Shown here: piece by piece, positions 1 through 8,122 of the stretch
Layout: the number at the start of each line of letters is the position of its first letter
Numbering within the stretch: position 1 is the first letter of the stretch
Source: Escherichia phage ZG49
Sequence record: NC_047777.1
Direction: 5' to 3' (one strand)
Length of the DNA stretch: 40,291 nt
Program-made: the position numbers and the translations under genes
Notes under the pieces: generated by a model
Seen by the model: the letters and a program-made list of their open reading frames with translations, nothing else
What the model was told of the DNA's origin: nothing
The model's database searches: none

Positions 1-401
1 CCTAAGGCTTGCACCGATGGAAGGAGGGTGATATTAATCATAATCCCTCCAATACAGATAGTCACCGACCATAGATACAGGAGGTATGTAGCATATGGCA
101 AAGACCAAAGCTGTACTTAAAGCTCTGGCGACCAATCGAGCTACATACAGGTTTCTTGCTGCTGTTCTACTTGCTGCTGGCGTTACTGCTGGAAGTAAGT
201 GGGTCGGGTGGGTCGAGACTCTCGTATGTTCTCTGGTGTCTCAGTGTAATTAACGCAATCATGGTAACGATTCATGAGCGGAAGACCTAAGGTCAGTACG
301 TGGATAAAGACTCACTCTACTGACCTTAGCTACTGTAGTCAAGGACTTTAGGTAACACCTTAATAGAAGCTCACCTAGGGTCATCCTACTTATTGGTCTA
401 T
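1..401. repeat. Left direct terminal repeat, identical to 39891-40291
   Basis: Bases 1-401 read identically to 39891-40291; window begins and ends exactly on the repeat; T7-like genomes carry direct terminal repeats. Confidence 0.8.
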
Positions 402-689
402 CCTAGTGTCGCCTGACCTACGGTCCTTGACCTACAGTAGCTGCCACCTACGGTCACTCGATGAGTTTTGGACCAAAAGTTTGAGACCACATCTCACAGT
501 TCAAGAACCTCAAGTCTCCCCATAGGCCCTCTTTAAGTCCAGACCAAAGGCCCTACCCCAGTCTATCATAAGGCTGGACCGATGGTCAAGACGTTAGGTC
601 AACGATAGGTCTAGGCTATGGCTGGAGGTCAGGACGATAGGTAGGGACTATGGGTCTGTCTCTGAGTCTCTATCTGTATAACCATAGGT

Positions 690-780
690 CCTACAACCTA
701 GTCCTACAACCTACAGTCCTACAACCTACAGTCCTACAACCTACAGTCCTACAACCTACAGTCCTACAACCTACAGTCTA
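690..780. repeat. Tandem array of about 6 copies of a 15-bp unit (GTCCTACAACCTACA) in the left-end non-coding region
   Basis: Direct reading: a 13-bp partial copy followed by five exact 15-bp copies; no spacers. Confidence 0.8.
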
Positions 781-947
781 ACTAACCTACAGTATCAACC
801 ATAAGACACCAACACCTACGGTCATAGACCCACAGTTAATAGACACAAAGCTATAGACTTAAGGTCTTAAACATGTTAGTCAAAGACTATATCCTATTAC
901 ACCATGGGGCCGACGATAGCTTAATCAATATTATTTAAGATTACCTA

Positions 948-976
948 TTGACTACAGGTCCAGACTATGGCTTAAT
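948..976 (+). promoter_or_regulatory. Candidate host sigma70 early promoter (A1-like): TTGACT, 17-nt spacer, CTTAAT, with AT-rich upstream stretch
   Basis: -35 TTGACT at 948-953; weak -10; AT-rich 925-947; position corresponds to T7 early promoter region. Confidence 0.3.
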
Positions 977-1088
977 AGCTTCCGTCAACACGACACGGCA
1001 ACAACCGGATAGTGAAGACGCCTGGTCATCCCGGTTAAGTAGACAGCCTGATAAGTCATACGAACAACAGGCAGATGACAGAAAGTAG

Positions 1089-1118
1089 TTGACAAGATGT
1101 ACCGACTTAAAGTAGTAT
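1089..1118 (+). promoter_or_regulatory. Candidate host sigma70 early promoter (T7 A3-like): TTGACA, 18 nt, TAGTAT
   Basis: TTGACA 1089-1094, TAGTAT 1113-1118, followed by GTACCACAT as downstream of T7 A3 (from memory). Confidence 0.5.
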
Positions 1119-1309
1119 GTACCACATCAACACGAAACAACGGTGACGACCAACACTGAAACGGTCTACCTGAAGTCCTCTGACTGAAGGGAATGCTCTT
1201 TAACAATCTGGATAAACTCTTAATGTGCGCCGATAGCGACTAACTACAGGGTCTTTGAGTCTACATCTGAAGGCCCTGACTGATAGTCACTAACTAAAGG
1301 ATAAACAAG

Positions 1310-1834
1310 ATGAAACTGATAGGCAAAGGCGCGTTCACTAAGTGCTACCTGAAGGATTGCGGAAAGCGTGTACTTCTGGTCTCTTCAGACCCAATCAAGG
1401 AGTGTATGGCGTGGGGATGGTTCCCTGAGTCTTCACTGTTCCCTGAAGTCAAGATGATTGAGGTGGGCACGTATGAGATGGACTACATGCCACCAACACG
1501 AGGTCTCAAGGCGCATTTAGATGACGACCAGTGGCAACTCTATCAGGTGCTGCGAGATTGCTTCTCACGGTCTCCGGTATTCTCTCGACCTGCTGACCTG
1601 TATCACAAGTGGTACGAGATATTCCAAGCTGCACACGACAGGTCTGAGACCGAGACTGTGCGGGAAGGTCTGATGGATGTACTGATGGCGCTGGACGCTT
1701 GCGCTAACTTCGGGTCTGACATTCAGTTTGAGATAAGCCCACGAAATGTACGGGCTGTGAATGGTAAGCTGATACTAGTGGATTGTTTCTTCCTTGTGTC
1801 CAAGCTGCCAGAGGTGAGGGCGTTAAGATGGTAA
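1310..1834 (+). CDS. gp0.7-like serine/threonine protein kinase (kinase domain only, 174 aa)
   Basis: Glycine-rich loop IGKGAFTKCY resembles T7 gp0.7 LGNGHFSAAY; further similarity (VLRDCF, ILVDCFF); RBS AAGGA upstream; first gene after early promoters. Confidence 0.7.
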   Translation: MKLIGKGAFTKCYLKDCGKRVLLVSSDPIKECMAWGWFPESSLFPEVKMIEVGTYEMDYMPPTRGLKAHLDDDQWQLYQVLRDCFSRSPVFSRPADLYHKWYEIFQAAHDRSETETVREGLMDVLMALDACANFGSDIQFEISPRNVRAVNGKLILVDCFFLVSKLPEVRALRW

Positions 1835-2289
1835 CTTATGGTCTCTGCCAGCACCACGTCACCAACGCCCGGCTTATGGTCGAGACCGGGCAGTTAGACC
1901 ACGAGATGACGACCAGTGGCAACTCTATCAGGTGCTGCGAGATTGCTTCTCACGGTCTCCGGTATTCTCTCGACCTGCTGACCTGTATCACAAGTGGTAC
2001 GAGATATTCCAAGCTGCACACGACAGGTCTGAGACCGAGACTGTGCGGGAAGGTCTGATGGATGTACTGATGGCGCTGGACGCTTGCGCTAACTTCGGGT
2101 CTGACATTCAGTTTGAGATAAGCCCACGAAATGTACGGGCTGTGAATGGTAAGCTGATACTAGTGGATTGTTTCTTCCTTGTGTCCAAGCTGCCAGAGGT
2201 GAGGGCGTTAAGATGGTAACTTATGGTCTCTGCCAGCACCACGTCACCAACGCCCGGCTTATGGTCGAGACCGGGCAGTTAGACCACGA
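1520..2289. repeat. Tandem duplication A: two identical 385-bp copies (1520-1904, 1905-2289)
   Basis: Direct reading; ORFs 1310-1834 and 1932-2219 share an identical C-terminal 95 aa; 1783-2058 and 2168-2362 share their N-terminus. Confidence 0.9.
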
Positions 2290-2362
2290 TTGGGCTATGC
2301 GTCTCTTGAAAGTGGTCTACAGGAGACGCAAGCGCATACACGATAGTTTACACACTGAGTGA
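2213..2362 (+). CDS. Small hypothetical protein (49 aa) overlapping kinase 3' end; start uncertain (track ORF begins at a TTG at 2168)
   Basis: ATG at 2213 preceded by GAGGTGAG; intact only in copy 2 of duplication A; copy at 1828 is chimeric. Confidence 0.3.
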   Translation: MVTYGLCQHHVTNARLMVETGQLDHDWAMRLLKVVYRRRKRIHDSLHTE

Positions 2363-2428
2363 TAGACGAGAGGTCATCGACTGATAGGTGGCCTCAAAGA
2401 TTATCACTTAAATTGATAGGAGTTAACT

Positions 2429-2596
2429 ATGAAATTTACAGGAATAGCACTTTACGTAACGATTATTATGGCGTGGCTGACTGCGGTATTCACTGATGGG
2501 AACGCATTACGACTAGGCTGGATGGCAGTGGATATTATCTTCTCTCCGGTAGGGGTCGTGCGGGGCATCTTGATGTGGTTTGGATTGGCGGGATAA
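2429..2596 (+). CDS. Small hydrophobic early protein (55 aa, predicted membrane peptide)
   Basis: ATG at 2429 with AGGAG RBS; hydrophobic sequence MKFTGIALYVTIIMAWLTAVF...; below the 60-aa cutoff of the ORF track. Confidence 0.4.
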   Translation: MKFTGIALYVTIIMAWLTAVFTDGNALRLGWMAVDIIFSPVGVVRGILMWFGLAG

Positions 2597-2599
2597 ACT

Positions 2600-2743
2600 A
2601 TGAGTGTGGGATATTTGGTATGCCTGTCTCCGGTCATCTTTCTGATAGCTTGGGGGATATACGATTGTATTAAACGGAAATCACGATTCATGTGCAACCT
2701 CGCGAACGTCTGGGATATAGCAACTATTGGGAGCAAACTGTAA
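2600..2743 (+). CDS. Small hydrophobic early protein (47 aa)
   Basis: ATG at 2600 directly after previous stop; stop overlaps next start (TAATG). Confidence 0.3.
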   Translation: MSVGYLVCLSPVIFLIAWGIYDCIKRKSRFMCNLANVWDIATIGSKL

Positions 2744-3069
2744 TGAATAAGTCATACGGGATTAATCTGGTACACTCTATGGATGCAGAAATGAACATGT
2801 TGAGCCTACTGGCTACAGGCTACCGTCACGGGACCTCAAGTCACACCATTCGTCAACAGCAGGAGCGCGACCGTGTACTTCAGGCACGACTCCGGGCAGA
2901 GGGCCATAAGTCCGAACTGATGTGTCTGGCGTATGGCGGACGACCGATCACTGACGATGGTAAACTTCTGGTATCAGGCTGGAAGGCGATAGACCAACGG
3001 TCAACCATCAAGCACACGACCAAAGGTGACTTCAGTCATCTTCACGCTAACCCACTGATATGCAAGTAA
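2743..3069 (+). CDS. Hypothetical early protein (109 aa)
   Basis: ATG at 2743 overlapping upstream stop; in frame with track ORF 2692-3069; no recognisable motif. Confidence 0.5.
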   Translation: MNKSYGINLVHSMDAEMNMLSLLATGYRHGTSSHTIRQQQERDRVLQARLRAEGHKSELMCLAYGGRPITDDGKLLVSGWKAIDQRSTIKHTTKGDFSHLHANPLICK

Positions 3070-3076
3070 TTATGAC

Positions 3077-3094
3077 TTAACTATCACTATAGGA
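3077..3094 (+). promoter_or_regulatory. Phage RNAP promoter TTAACTATCACTATAGGA, upstream of the RNAP gene
   Basis: Matches the 18-bp consensus found at 10 other intergenic sites; predicted +1 at the first G of TATAGG. Confidence 0.65.
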
Positions 3095-3166
3095 CTCAAG
3101 GTCTAAGACTCCAAGTGAAAGACCAAAGAGACTCTAAGTGAAAGACTAATAACAAGGACTTTAAGT

Positions 3167-5848
3167 ATGAGCGTCATCTCTATTGACAAACACGACTTCT
3201 CTGATGTGTCGAACGCCATTGAGCCGTTTAACCTGCTGGCTGACCACTACGGGCAAGACCTTGCAGTCAAACAGCTTCAGCTTGAGCATGAGGCATATAC
3301 AGAAGGCGAGCGACGTTTCATCAAGAACCTTGAGCGACAGACTGAGCGCGGGGAACTGGCAGACAATCAGGTCGCCAAGCCTTTGATGCAGACTCTGGTC
3401 CCTAAGATTGCGCAAGCCGTCAGGGAGTGGCACGAAGGCCTAGACGGGAAGCTGTCAACCTCGCGTCCTAGCGTAGCGTTCACCATGTTGAGCACTGAAG
3501 AGAAGGCCGTAAAGGACCGCTCTATGCGCATCTCCTGTGAGTCCGCTGCGGTTATCATACTGAAGGTCATACTCTCCAAGCTGGTCAAGCCTGAAGGGAT
3601 ACCGATTACACCGATGTCCTCCGCGATAGGTCGCACACTTGAGGACGAAATCCGCTTCGGTCGCATCCGTGACAAAGAGAAGGAGCACTTCAAGAAGACG
3701 ATAGCTGAGAACCTGAACAAGCGAGTTGGGGCATCCTACAAGAAAGCCTACATGCAAGCGGTCGAGGCGTCCATGCTGGAGCAAGGCCAACTGGAAGATG
3801 CATGGGGGACTTGGAGTCCTACAGAGGCTGTCCACGTTGGCATCAAGATGCTCGAGATTGTCATCCAGTCAACACAACTGGTCGAGCTTAAGCGGTACGG
3901 TGCTGGTAATGCAGCGGCTGACGTAGAGATGGTCCACCTGTCAGACTTCTGGGTCAAGAAGATGGCACAACGAGGATTCAGCCTTGCGGGTATCGCCCCA
4001 GTCTACCAGCCTTGCGTCGTTCCACCTAAGCCGTGGACTGGTGTCGTAGGTGGTGGGTACTGGGCCAAAGGTCGCAGACCGTTACCATTGATTCGCTTAG
4101 GGTCTAAGTCTGCGGTAGCACGTTATGAAGACGTATACATGCCTGAAGTCTATGACGCTGTGAACATCATTCAGAATACACCTTGGAAAGTTAACAAGAA
4201 GGTTCTGGACGTGGTGAACATGGTCGAGAAGTTGAACAACACGCCTATTGATGACATCCCTCAGATGGAACCGCTGAAGCCTGAGGACTATGCTGGTGAG
4301 ACCGAGGAGGAACTCAAGGCATGGAAGAAGGCTGCTGCTGGTATCTATCGCCGCGAGAAGGCCAGACAGTCACGCAGATTATCACTGAGCTTTATCGTTA
4401 ACCAAGCAAACAAGTTCTCTCAGTTCAAGACCATCTGGTTCCCGTACAACATGGATTGGCGTGGTCGTGTCTACGCTGTCCCGATGTTCAACCCTCAGGG
4501 TAACGACATGCAGAAGGGTCTCCTGACGCTGGCAGTCGGCAAGCCTATTGGTGCTGACGGTTTCAAATGGCTGAAGGTCCACGGTGCAAACTGTGCGGGT
4601 GTCGATAAAGTCACCTTCGATGAGCGCATCAAGTGGGTGGAAGACAACCACGAAAACATCATGGCTGCTGCTAAGGCACCGATGGATAGTATTGAGTGGT
4701 GGGGCAAGTTAGACTCTCCGTTCTGTTTCCTCGCGTTCTGCTTCGAGTATGCTGGCGTAATGCACCACGGCCTGTCTTACTCCTGCTCGCTGCCGATAGC
4801 GTTCGATGGGTCCTGCTCTGGTATTCAGCACTTCAGTGCGATGCTTCGTGACCACATCGGTGGACATTCAGTAAACCTGACGCCATCCGGTAAGGTACAA
4901 GACATCTACCGCATTGTGTCTGACCGCATTGAGGAGGAGCTTAAAGTCCTGCTGATTAACGGTACTGACAACGAGATGGTCACTCACGAGGATAAGAAAA
5001 CTGGTGAGATTACCGAACGTATCAAGCTGGGGACACGAGAGCTGGCCCGTCAGTGGCTGACATACGGTATGTCACGCAAGGTCACTAAGCGTTCAGTCAT
5101 GACTCTGGCATACGGGTCAAAAGAGTACGGCTTCGCAGACCAAGTTTACGAGGACATCGTGATGCCAGCGATTGACTCAGGGTCTGGCGCTATGTTCACT
5201 GAACCAAGCCAAGCGTCTCGCTTCATGGCAAAGATGATTTGGGAAGCTGTGAGTGTGACAGTAGTTGCTGCGGTTGACGCGATGAAGTGGCTTCAAGGTG
5301 CTGCCAAGCTGCTGGCTGCTGAGGTGAAGGACAAGAAGACTGGAGAAATCCTGAAGCCTTGCCTTCCGGTACACTGGGTCACACCTGATGGGTTCCCGGT
5401 CTGGCAGGAGTACCGCAAGAAGGATACCACTCGTCTGAACCTGATGTTCTTAGGGTCATTCAATCTTCAGCCTACCGTCAACAGAGGTACGAAGAAAGAG
5501 CTGGACAAGCACAAGCAGGAGTCAGGCATTAGCCCTAACTTCGTCCACTCACAAGATGGTAGCCACCTGCGGAAGACTGTAGTCCACACTCACCGCAAGT
5601 ATGGCGTGATGTCATTCGCAGTGATTCACGATAGCTTCGGGACCATCCCTGCTGACGCTGAGTATCTGTTCCGTGGTGTCCGTGAGACGATGGTCGAGAC
5701 ATACCGCGATAACGATGTGCTGCTTGACTTCTACGAGCAGTTTGAATACCAGCTTCATGAAAGCCAGCGCGACAAGTTGCCTGAGCTTCCGAAGAAAGGT
5801 AAACTGAATATCGAAGACATCTTGTCTTCAGACTTTGCATTCGCTTAA
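3167..5848 (+). CDS. Single-subunit DNA-directed RNA polymerase (gp1-like, 893 aa)
   Basis: Near-colinear similarity to T7 RNAP; C-terminus ...HSQDGSHLRKTVV...HDSFGT...SDFAFA matches the T7 C-terminus. Confidence 0.97.
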   Translation: MSVISIDKHDFSDVSNAIEPFNLLADHYGQDLAVKQLQLEHEAYTEGERRFIKNLERQTERGELADNQVAKPLMQTLVPKIAQAVREWHEGLDGKLSTSRPSVAFTMLSTEEKAVKDRSMRISCESAAVIILKVILSKLVKPEGIPITPMSSAIGRTLEDEIRFGRIRDKEKEHFKKTIAENLNKRVGASYKKAYMQAVEASMLEQGQLEDAWGTWSPTEAVHVGIKMLEIVIQSTQLVELKRYGAGNAAADVEMVHLSDFWVKKMAQRGFSLAGIAPVYQPCVVPPKPWTGVVGGGYWAKGRRPLPLIRLGSKSAVARYEDVYMPEVYDAVNIIQNTPWKVNKKVLDVVNMVEKLNNTPIDDIPQMEPLKPEDYAGETEEELKAWKKAAAGIYRREKARQSRRLSLSFIVNQANKFSQFKTIWFPYNMDWRGRVYAVPMFNPQGNDMQKGLLTLAVGKPIGADGFKWLKVHGANCAGVDKVTFDERIKWVEDNHENIMAAAKAPMDSIEWWGKLDSPFCFLAFCFEYAGVMHHGLSYSCSLPIAFDGSCSGIQHFSAMLRDHIGGHSVNLTPSGKVQDIYRIVSDRIEEELKVLLINGTDNEMVTHEDKKTGEITERIKLGTRELARQWLTYGMSRKVTKRSVMTLAYGSKEYGFADQVYEDIVMPAIDSGSGAMFTEPSQASRFMAKMIWEAVSVTVVAAVDAMKWLQGAAKLLAAEVKDKKTGEILKPCLPVHWVTPDGFPVWQEYRKKDTTRLNLMFLGSFNLQPTVNRGTKKELDKHKQESGISPNFVHSQDGSHLRKTVVHTHRKYGVMSFAVIHDSFGTIPADAEYLFRGVRETMVETYRDNDVLLDFYEQFEYQLHESQRDKLPELPKKGKLNIEDILSSDFAFA

Positions 5849-5864
5849 CAGGGGAGAGAGAGTT

Positions 5865-6080
5865 ATGAAATTTGCACACAAGCAGGCTGGAGTTAAGGGC
5901 GGGACTCAAATCGTGACCGTAACAGAACACAACGGCAATGGTCTGGTGAAGACCACGGTCATTCCTACCGAGATGTCAAAGCAGCTTAACGTCCCATTCA
6001 AGACCCTCGTCTATCTTGTGGAATCCAGCCACGAGAAATACCTGAAAGACGCAGTATCCAAGCTGGTGAAGACCAAATGA
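5865..6080 (+). CDS. Hypothetical protein (71 aa) downstream of RNAP
   Basis: ATG at 5865 with GGAGAG RBS; the track ORF begins at a TTG at 5835. Confidence 0.45.
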   Translation: MKFAHKQAGVKGGTQIVTVTEHNGNGLVKTTVIPTEMSKQLNVPFKTLVYLVESSHEKYLKDAVSKLVKTK

Positions 6081-6156
6081 CATACCTACAGTTACTGGCC
6101 TTGTGGCTGGGAGCACTCGCAGTATTCACTTTAATCCAACGCAGAAGAGGTTAACC

Positions 6157-6174
6157 TAAACTATCACTATAGGA
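6157..6174 (+). promoter_or_regulatory. Phage RNAP promoter TAAACTATCACTATAGGA (phi1.1-like position)
   Basis: Exact consensus; intergenic. Confidence 0.7.
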
Positions 6175-6182
6175 TTAGACTC

Positions 6183-6209
6183 AAGGTCATGACTCAAAGT
6201 CGTGGCCTT
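6183..6209 (+). promoter_or_regulatory. RNA hairpin (12-bp stem with G-U pairs, 3-nt loop); candidate RNase III processing site (R1.1-like)
   Basis: AAGGUCAUGACU / AGUCGUGGCCUU pair fully; motif AGACTCAAGGTCAT...GTGGCCTT..ATGATTA recurs at 13549 and 37381. Confidence 0.5.
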
Positions 6210-6246
6210 CATGATTAACCTAACTCATTCAATCAGGAGCTACACC

Positions 6247-6426
6247 ATGTATCAGAACACTATCAACTTCGAGCGCATCCGTGAACGTCAGCAGACTGAA
6301 GACTACATTCCGAAGGGCCGCAAGCTGAACAAGACCAAGCGTGGCGGTGGTGTCAAGGGTGCTTTCCGTAACGCTGAAGGCAAAGACTCTCTGGTCAACC
6401 GAGAGAAGTATTTCATAGGAGCGTAA
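6247..6426 (+). CDS. gp1.1-like small basic protein
   Basis: KGRKLNKTKR motif as in T7 gp1.1 (from memory); AGGAG RBS 7 nt upstream of ATG 6247. Confidence 0.5.
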   Translation: MYQNTINFERIRERQQTEDYIPKGRKLNKTKRGGGVKGAFRNAEGKDSLVNREKYFIGA

Positions 6427-6429
6427 GCC

Positions 6430-6681
6430 ATGAGTGAACGTTGGTTATTCGACGCATCCACGAGCCAGTGGTCAGCGGTAGGCCGGACTCACCGCGCGAT
6501 GAGTGAGGCAGGACTTGATGTCCTAATGGATTACTCGCCGTGCCCCGGAAAAACTCTGGTCAGAGTAATTGAAGCAGATGGTGGGAGGCTTCTGGTCTCC
6601 AGAGAATTTACCGAAGATGAAATCTTTAGCTGTGAGCAATGGTGCTTACAACAATTGAACGATTATAGGAGCTGGAAATAA
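6430..6681 (+). CDS. gp1.2-like protein (dGTPase inhibitor family)
   Basis: 83 aa versus T7 gp1.2 85 aa; similar C-terminal end (DYRSWK versus DQLKDWK); conserved position. Confidence 0.5.
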   Translation: MSERWLFDASTSQWSAVGRTHRAMSEAGLDVLMDYSPCPGKTLVRVIEADGGRLLVSREFTEDEIFSCEQWCLQQLNDYRSWK

Positions 6682-7736
6682 TGACTACGACTATTAAAAC
6701 TAACCCGCACCGCGCTGTAGATTACTCTGAGTCAGGAGTTACGAAAGCACTGGCAGCAGCCGGGTCGCTGGAAGCTGAAGTGAAGTATGATGGTGTGCGG
6801 CTGAACCTCCCGGTCTTCCCTACTGGTGAGACTCAATGGTTGAGCCGTGAGTCTAAACCTCTCCCAGCCCTTGAGTGGCTGTCAGTCCTTACCAACATCG
6901 ACAACATCGTCGGGGACCAGCAAAAAGCTAGCGACTGGCGGTGGTTCCTGAAGCAGGCTGGCTACGAAGGCACTGGTCTGATGATTGACGGTGAGGTCAT
7001 GGTAAAAGGAATGGACTTCAATACGTCTTCAGGTCTCATCCGAACGAAGTGGGTAAAGCAAAAGAACTTTGAGTTTTCAACTGGTGAGCACTGGGGTAAG
7101 GACTGGACGAAAGAGAAGCTACCATTCTGTCTGGACCAGAGGTTCATCAAGGTGGTCGTCTACGGTGTAGTGGACCTTAACGTCATCCTTGACCCGAAAG
7201 CCGAAGGTCCTATCCATAGCGTCACACGCCTGAAGGCCGAAGCTATCGTCCCTCTCCTCCAGAAATACTCCCCTGAAATCGACTGGGTTCTGTCTGAGTC
7301 ACACACGGTCTATGACCTTGAGTCGCTCAGCTCCCTGTACGAAGAGAAGCGGCTGGAAGGACATGAGGGTCTGGTAGTCAAGGACCCACTGGGTAAATAC
7401 AAGCGTGGCAAGAAGTCAGGCATGTGGAAGATGAAGCCAAGCGAAGAGGCAGACGGTCACGTTGTGCGCCCTGTGTGGGGTACGGATGGGTTAGCCAACG
7501 AAGGCATGGTCATCGGATTTGACGTTATGCTTGAGAACGGGATGGAGGTCTCCGCAACTAACATTAGTCGCGCCCTTATGTCCGAGTTCACGGAGAATGT
7601 TAAGTCAGACCCTGACTACTACAAGGGGTGGGCTTGCCAGATTACCTACATGGAGGAGACACCAGATGGCTCATTGCGACACCCCTCGTTCGACCAGTGG
7701 CGTGGAACTGAGGATAACCCGACCATTAAGAGCTAA
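6681..7736 (+). CDS. ATP-dependent DNA ligase (gp1.3-like)
   Basis: Adenylation motif KYDGVR; 351 aa versus T7 ligase 359 aa; conserved position. Confidence 0.9.
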   Translation: MTTTIKTNPHRAVDYSESGVTKALAAAGSLEAEVKYDGVRLNLPVFPTGETQWLSRESKPLPALEWLSVLTNIDNIVGDQQKASDWRWFLKQAGYEGTGLMIDGEVMVKGMDFNTSSGLIRTKWVKQKNFEFSTGEHWGKDWTKEKLPFCLDQRFIKVVVYGVVDLNVILDPKAEGPIHSVTRLKAEAIVPLLQKYSPEIDWVLSESHTVYDLESLSSLYEEKRLEGHEGLVVKDPLGKYKRGKKSGMWKMKPSEEADGHVVRPVWGTDGLANEGMVIGFDVMLENGMEVSATNISRALMSEFTENVKSDPDYYKGWACQITYMEETPDGSLRHPSFDQWRGTEDNPTIKS

Positions 7737-7745
7737 CTAAATGTC

Positions 7746-7783
7746 AACCCAGTGGTCTTAGGACTGCTGGGTTTCTTTGCTTG
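7746..7783 (+). terminator. Candidate intrinsic terminator (TE-like) after the ligase gene
   Basis: 7-bp stem AACCCAG/CTGGGTT followed by TTTCTTTGCTT; T7 places its early terminator after gene 1.3. Confidence 0.45.
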
Positions 7784-7820
7784 TGCTAGCAAGCTATCGT
7801 CTGGGCCACAAGCCTGACCC

Positions 7821-7838
7821 TAAGCTATCACTATAGGA
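7821..7838 (+). promoter_or_regulatory. Phage RNAP promoter TAAGCTATCACTATAGGA
   Basis: One mismatch to consensus; intergenic. Confidence 0.65.
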
Positions 7839-7867
7839 CAACCATAACTCGACCTAAGGAGGCCGAC

Positions 7868-8122
7868 ATGTTTAAGAACTTAATGTTCAATCGTTATACC
7901 AGTACATTCCACCTGTCTCACAACCCATTAGCTTGCATTAAGCGCAACGAGAAGCTGGGCTACTTCGGGAAGGCCGTTAAGCTGTCACCTACAGTCTTCG
8001 CTCTGATTACTCCGGGCAAAGCTGAAGAGGCTCGCCAGAAGCGTGCGACCCACGTACCTGTGGTCTACACTAAGTGGCCTCGAGTTCGTCTGTTCGTTGA
8101 GTTCGTGAAGGAGGTGTTCTGA
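7868..8122 (+). CDS. gp1.6-like hypothetical protein (84 aa)
   Basis: RBS AAGGAGG; position between ligase and gp1.7. Confidence 0.5.
   Translation: MFKNLMFNRYTSTFHLSHNPLACIKRNEKLGYFGKAVKLSPTVFALITPGKAEEARQKRATHVPVVYTKWPRVRLFVEFVKEVF

Noticed and set aside
299-317. GACTCACT in the terminal-repeat hairpin loop resembling the T7 promoter core
   Set aside because: Lacks the TATAGG start region and does not match this phage's own promoter consensus; judged coincidental or a packaging-related element.
690-780. Possible CRISPR array
   Set aside because: Repeats are 15 bp and directly abutting with no spacers; no cas genes; phage context.
1932-2219. 95-aa ORF identical to the kinase C-terminus
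   Set aside because: A headless copy of the kinase 3' end produced by tandem duplication A, beginning at an internal Met; not an independent gene. The same holds for the 1783-2058 chimeric ORF.
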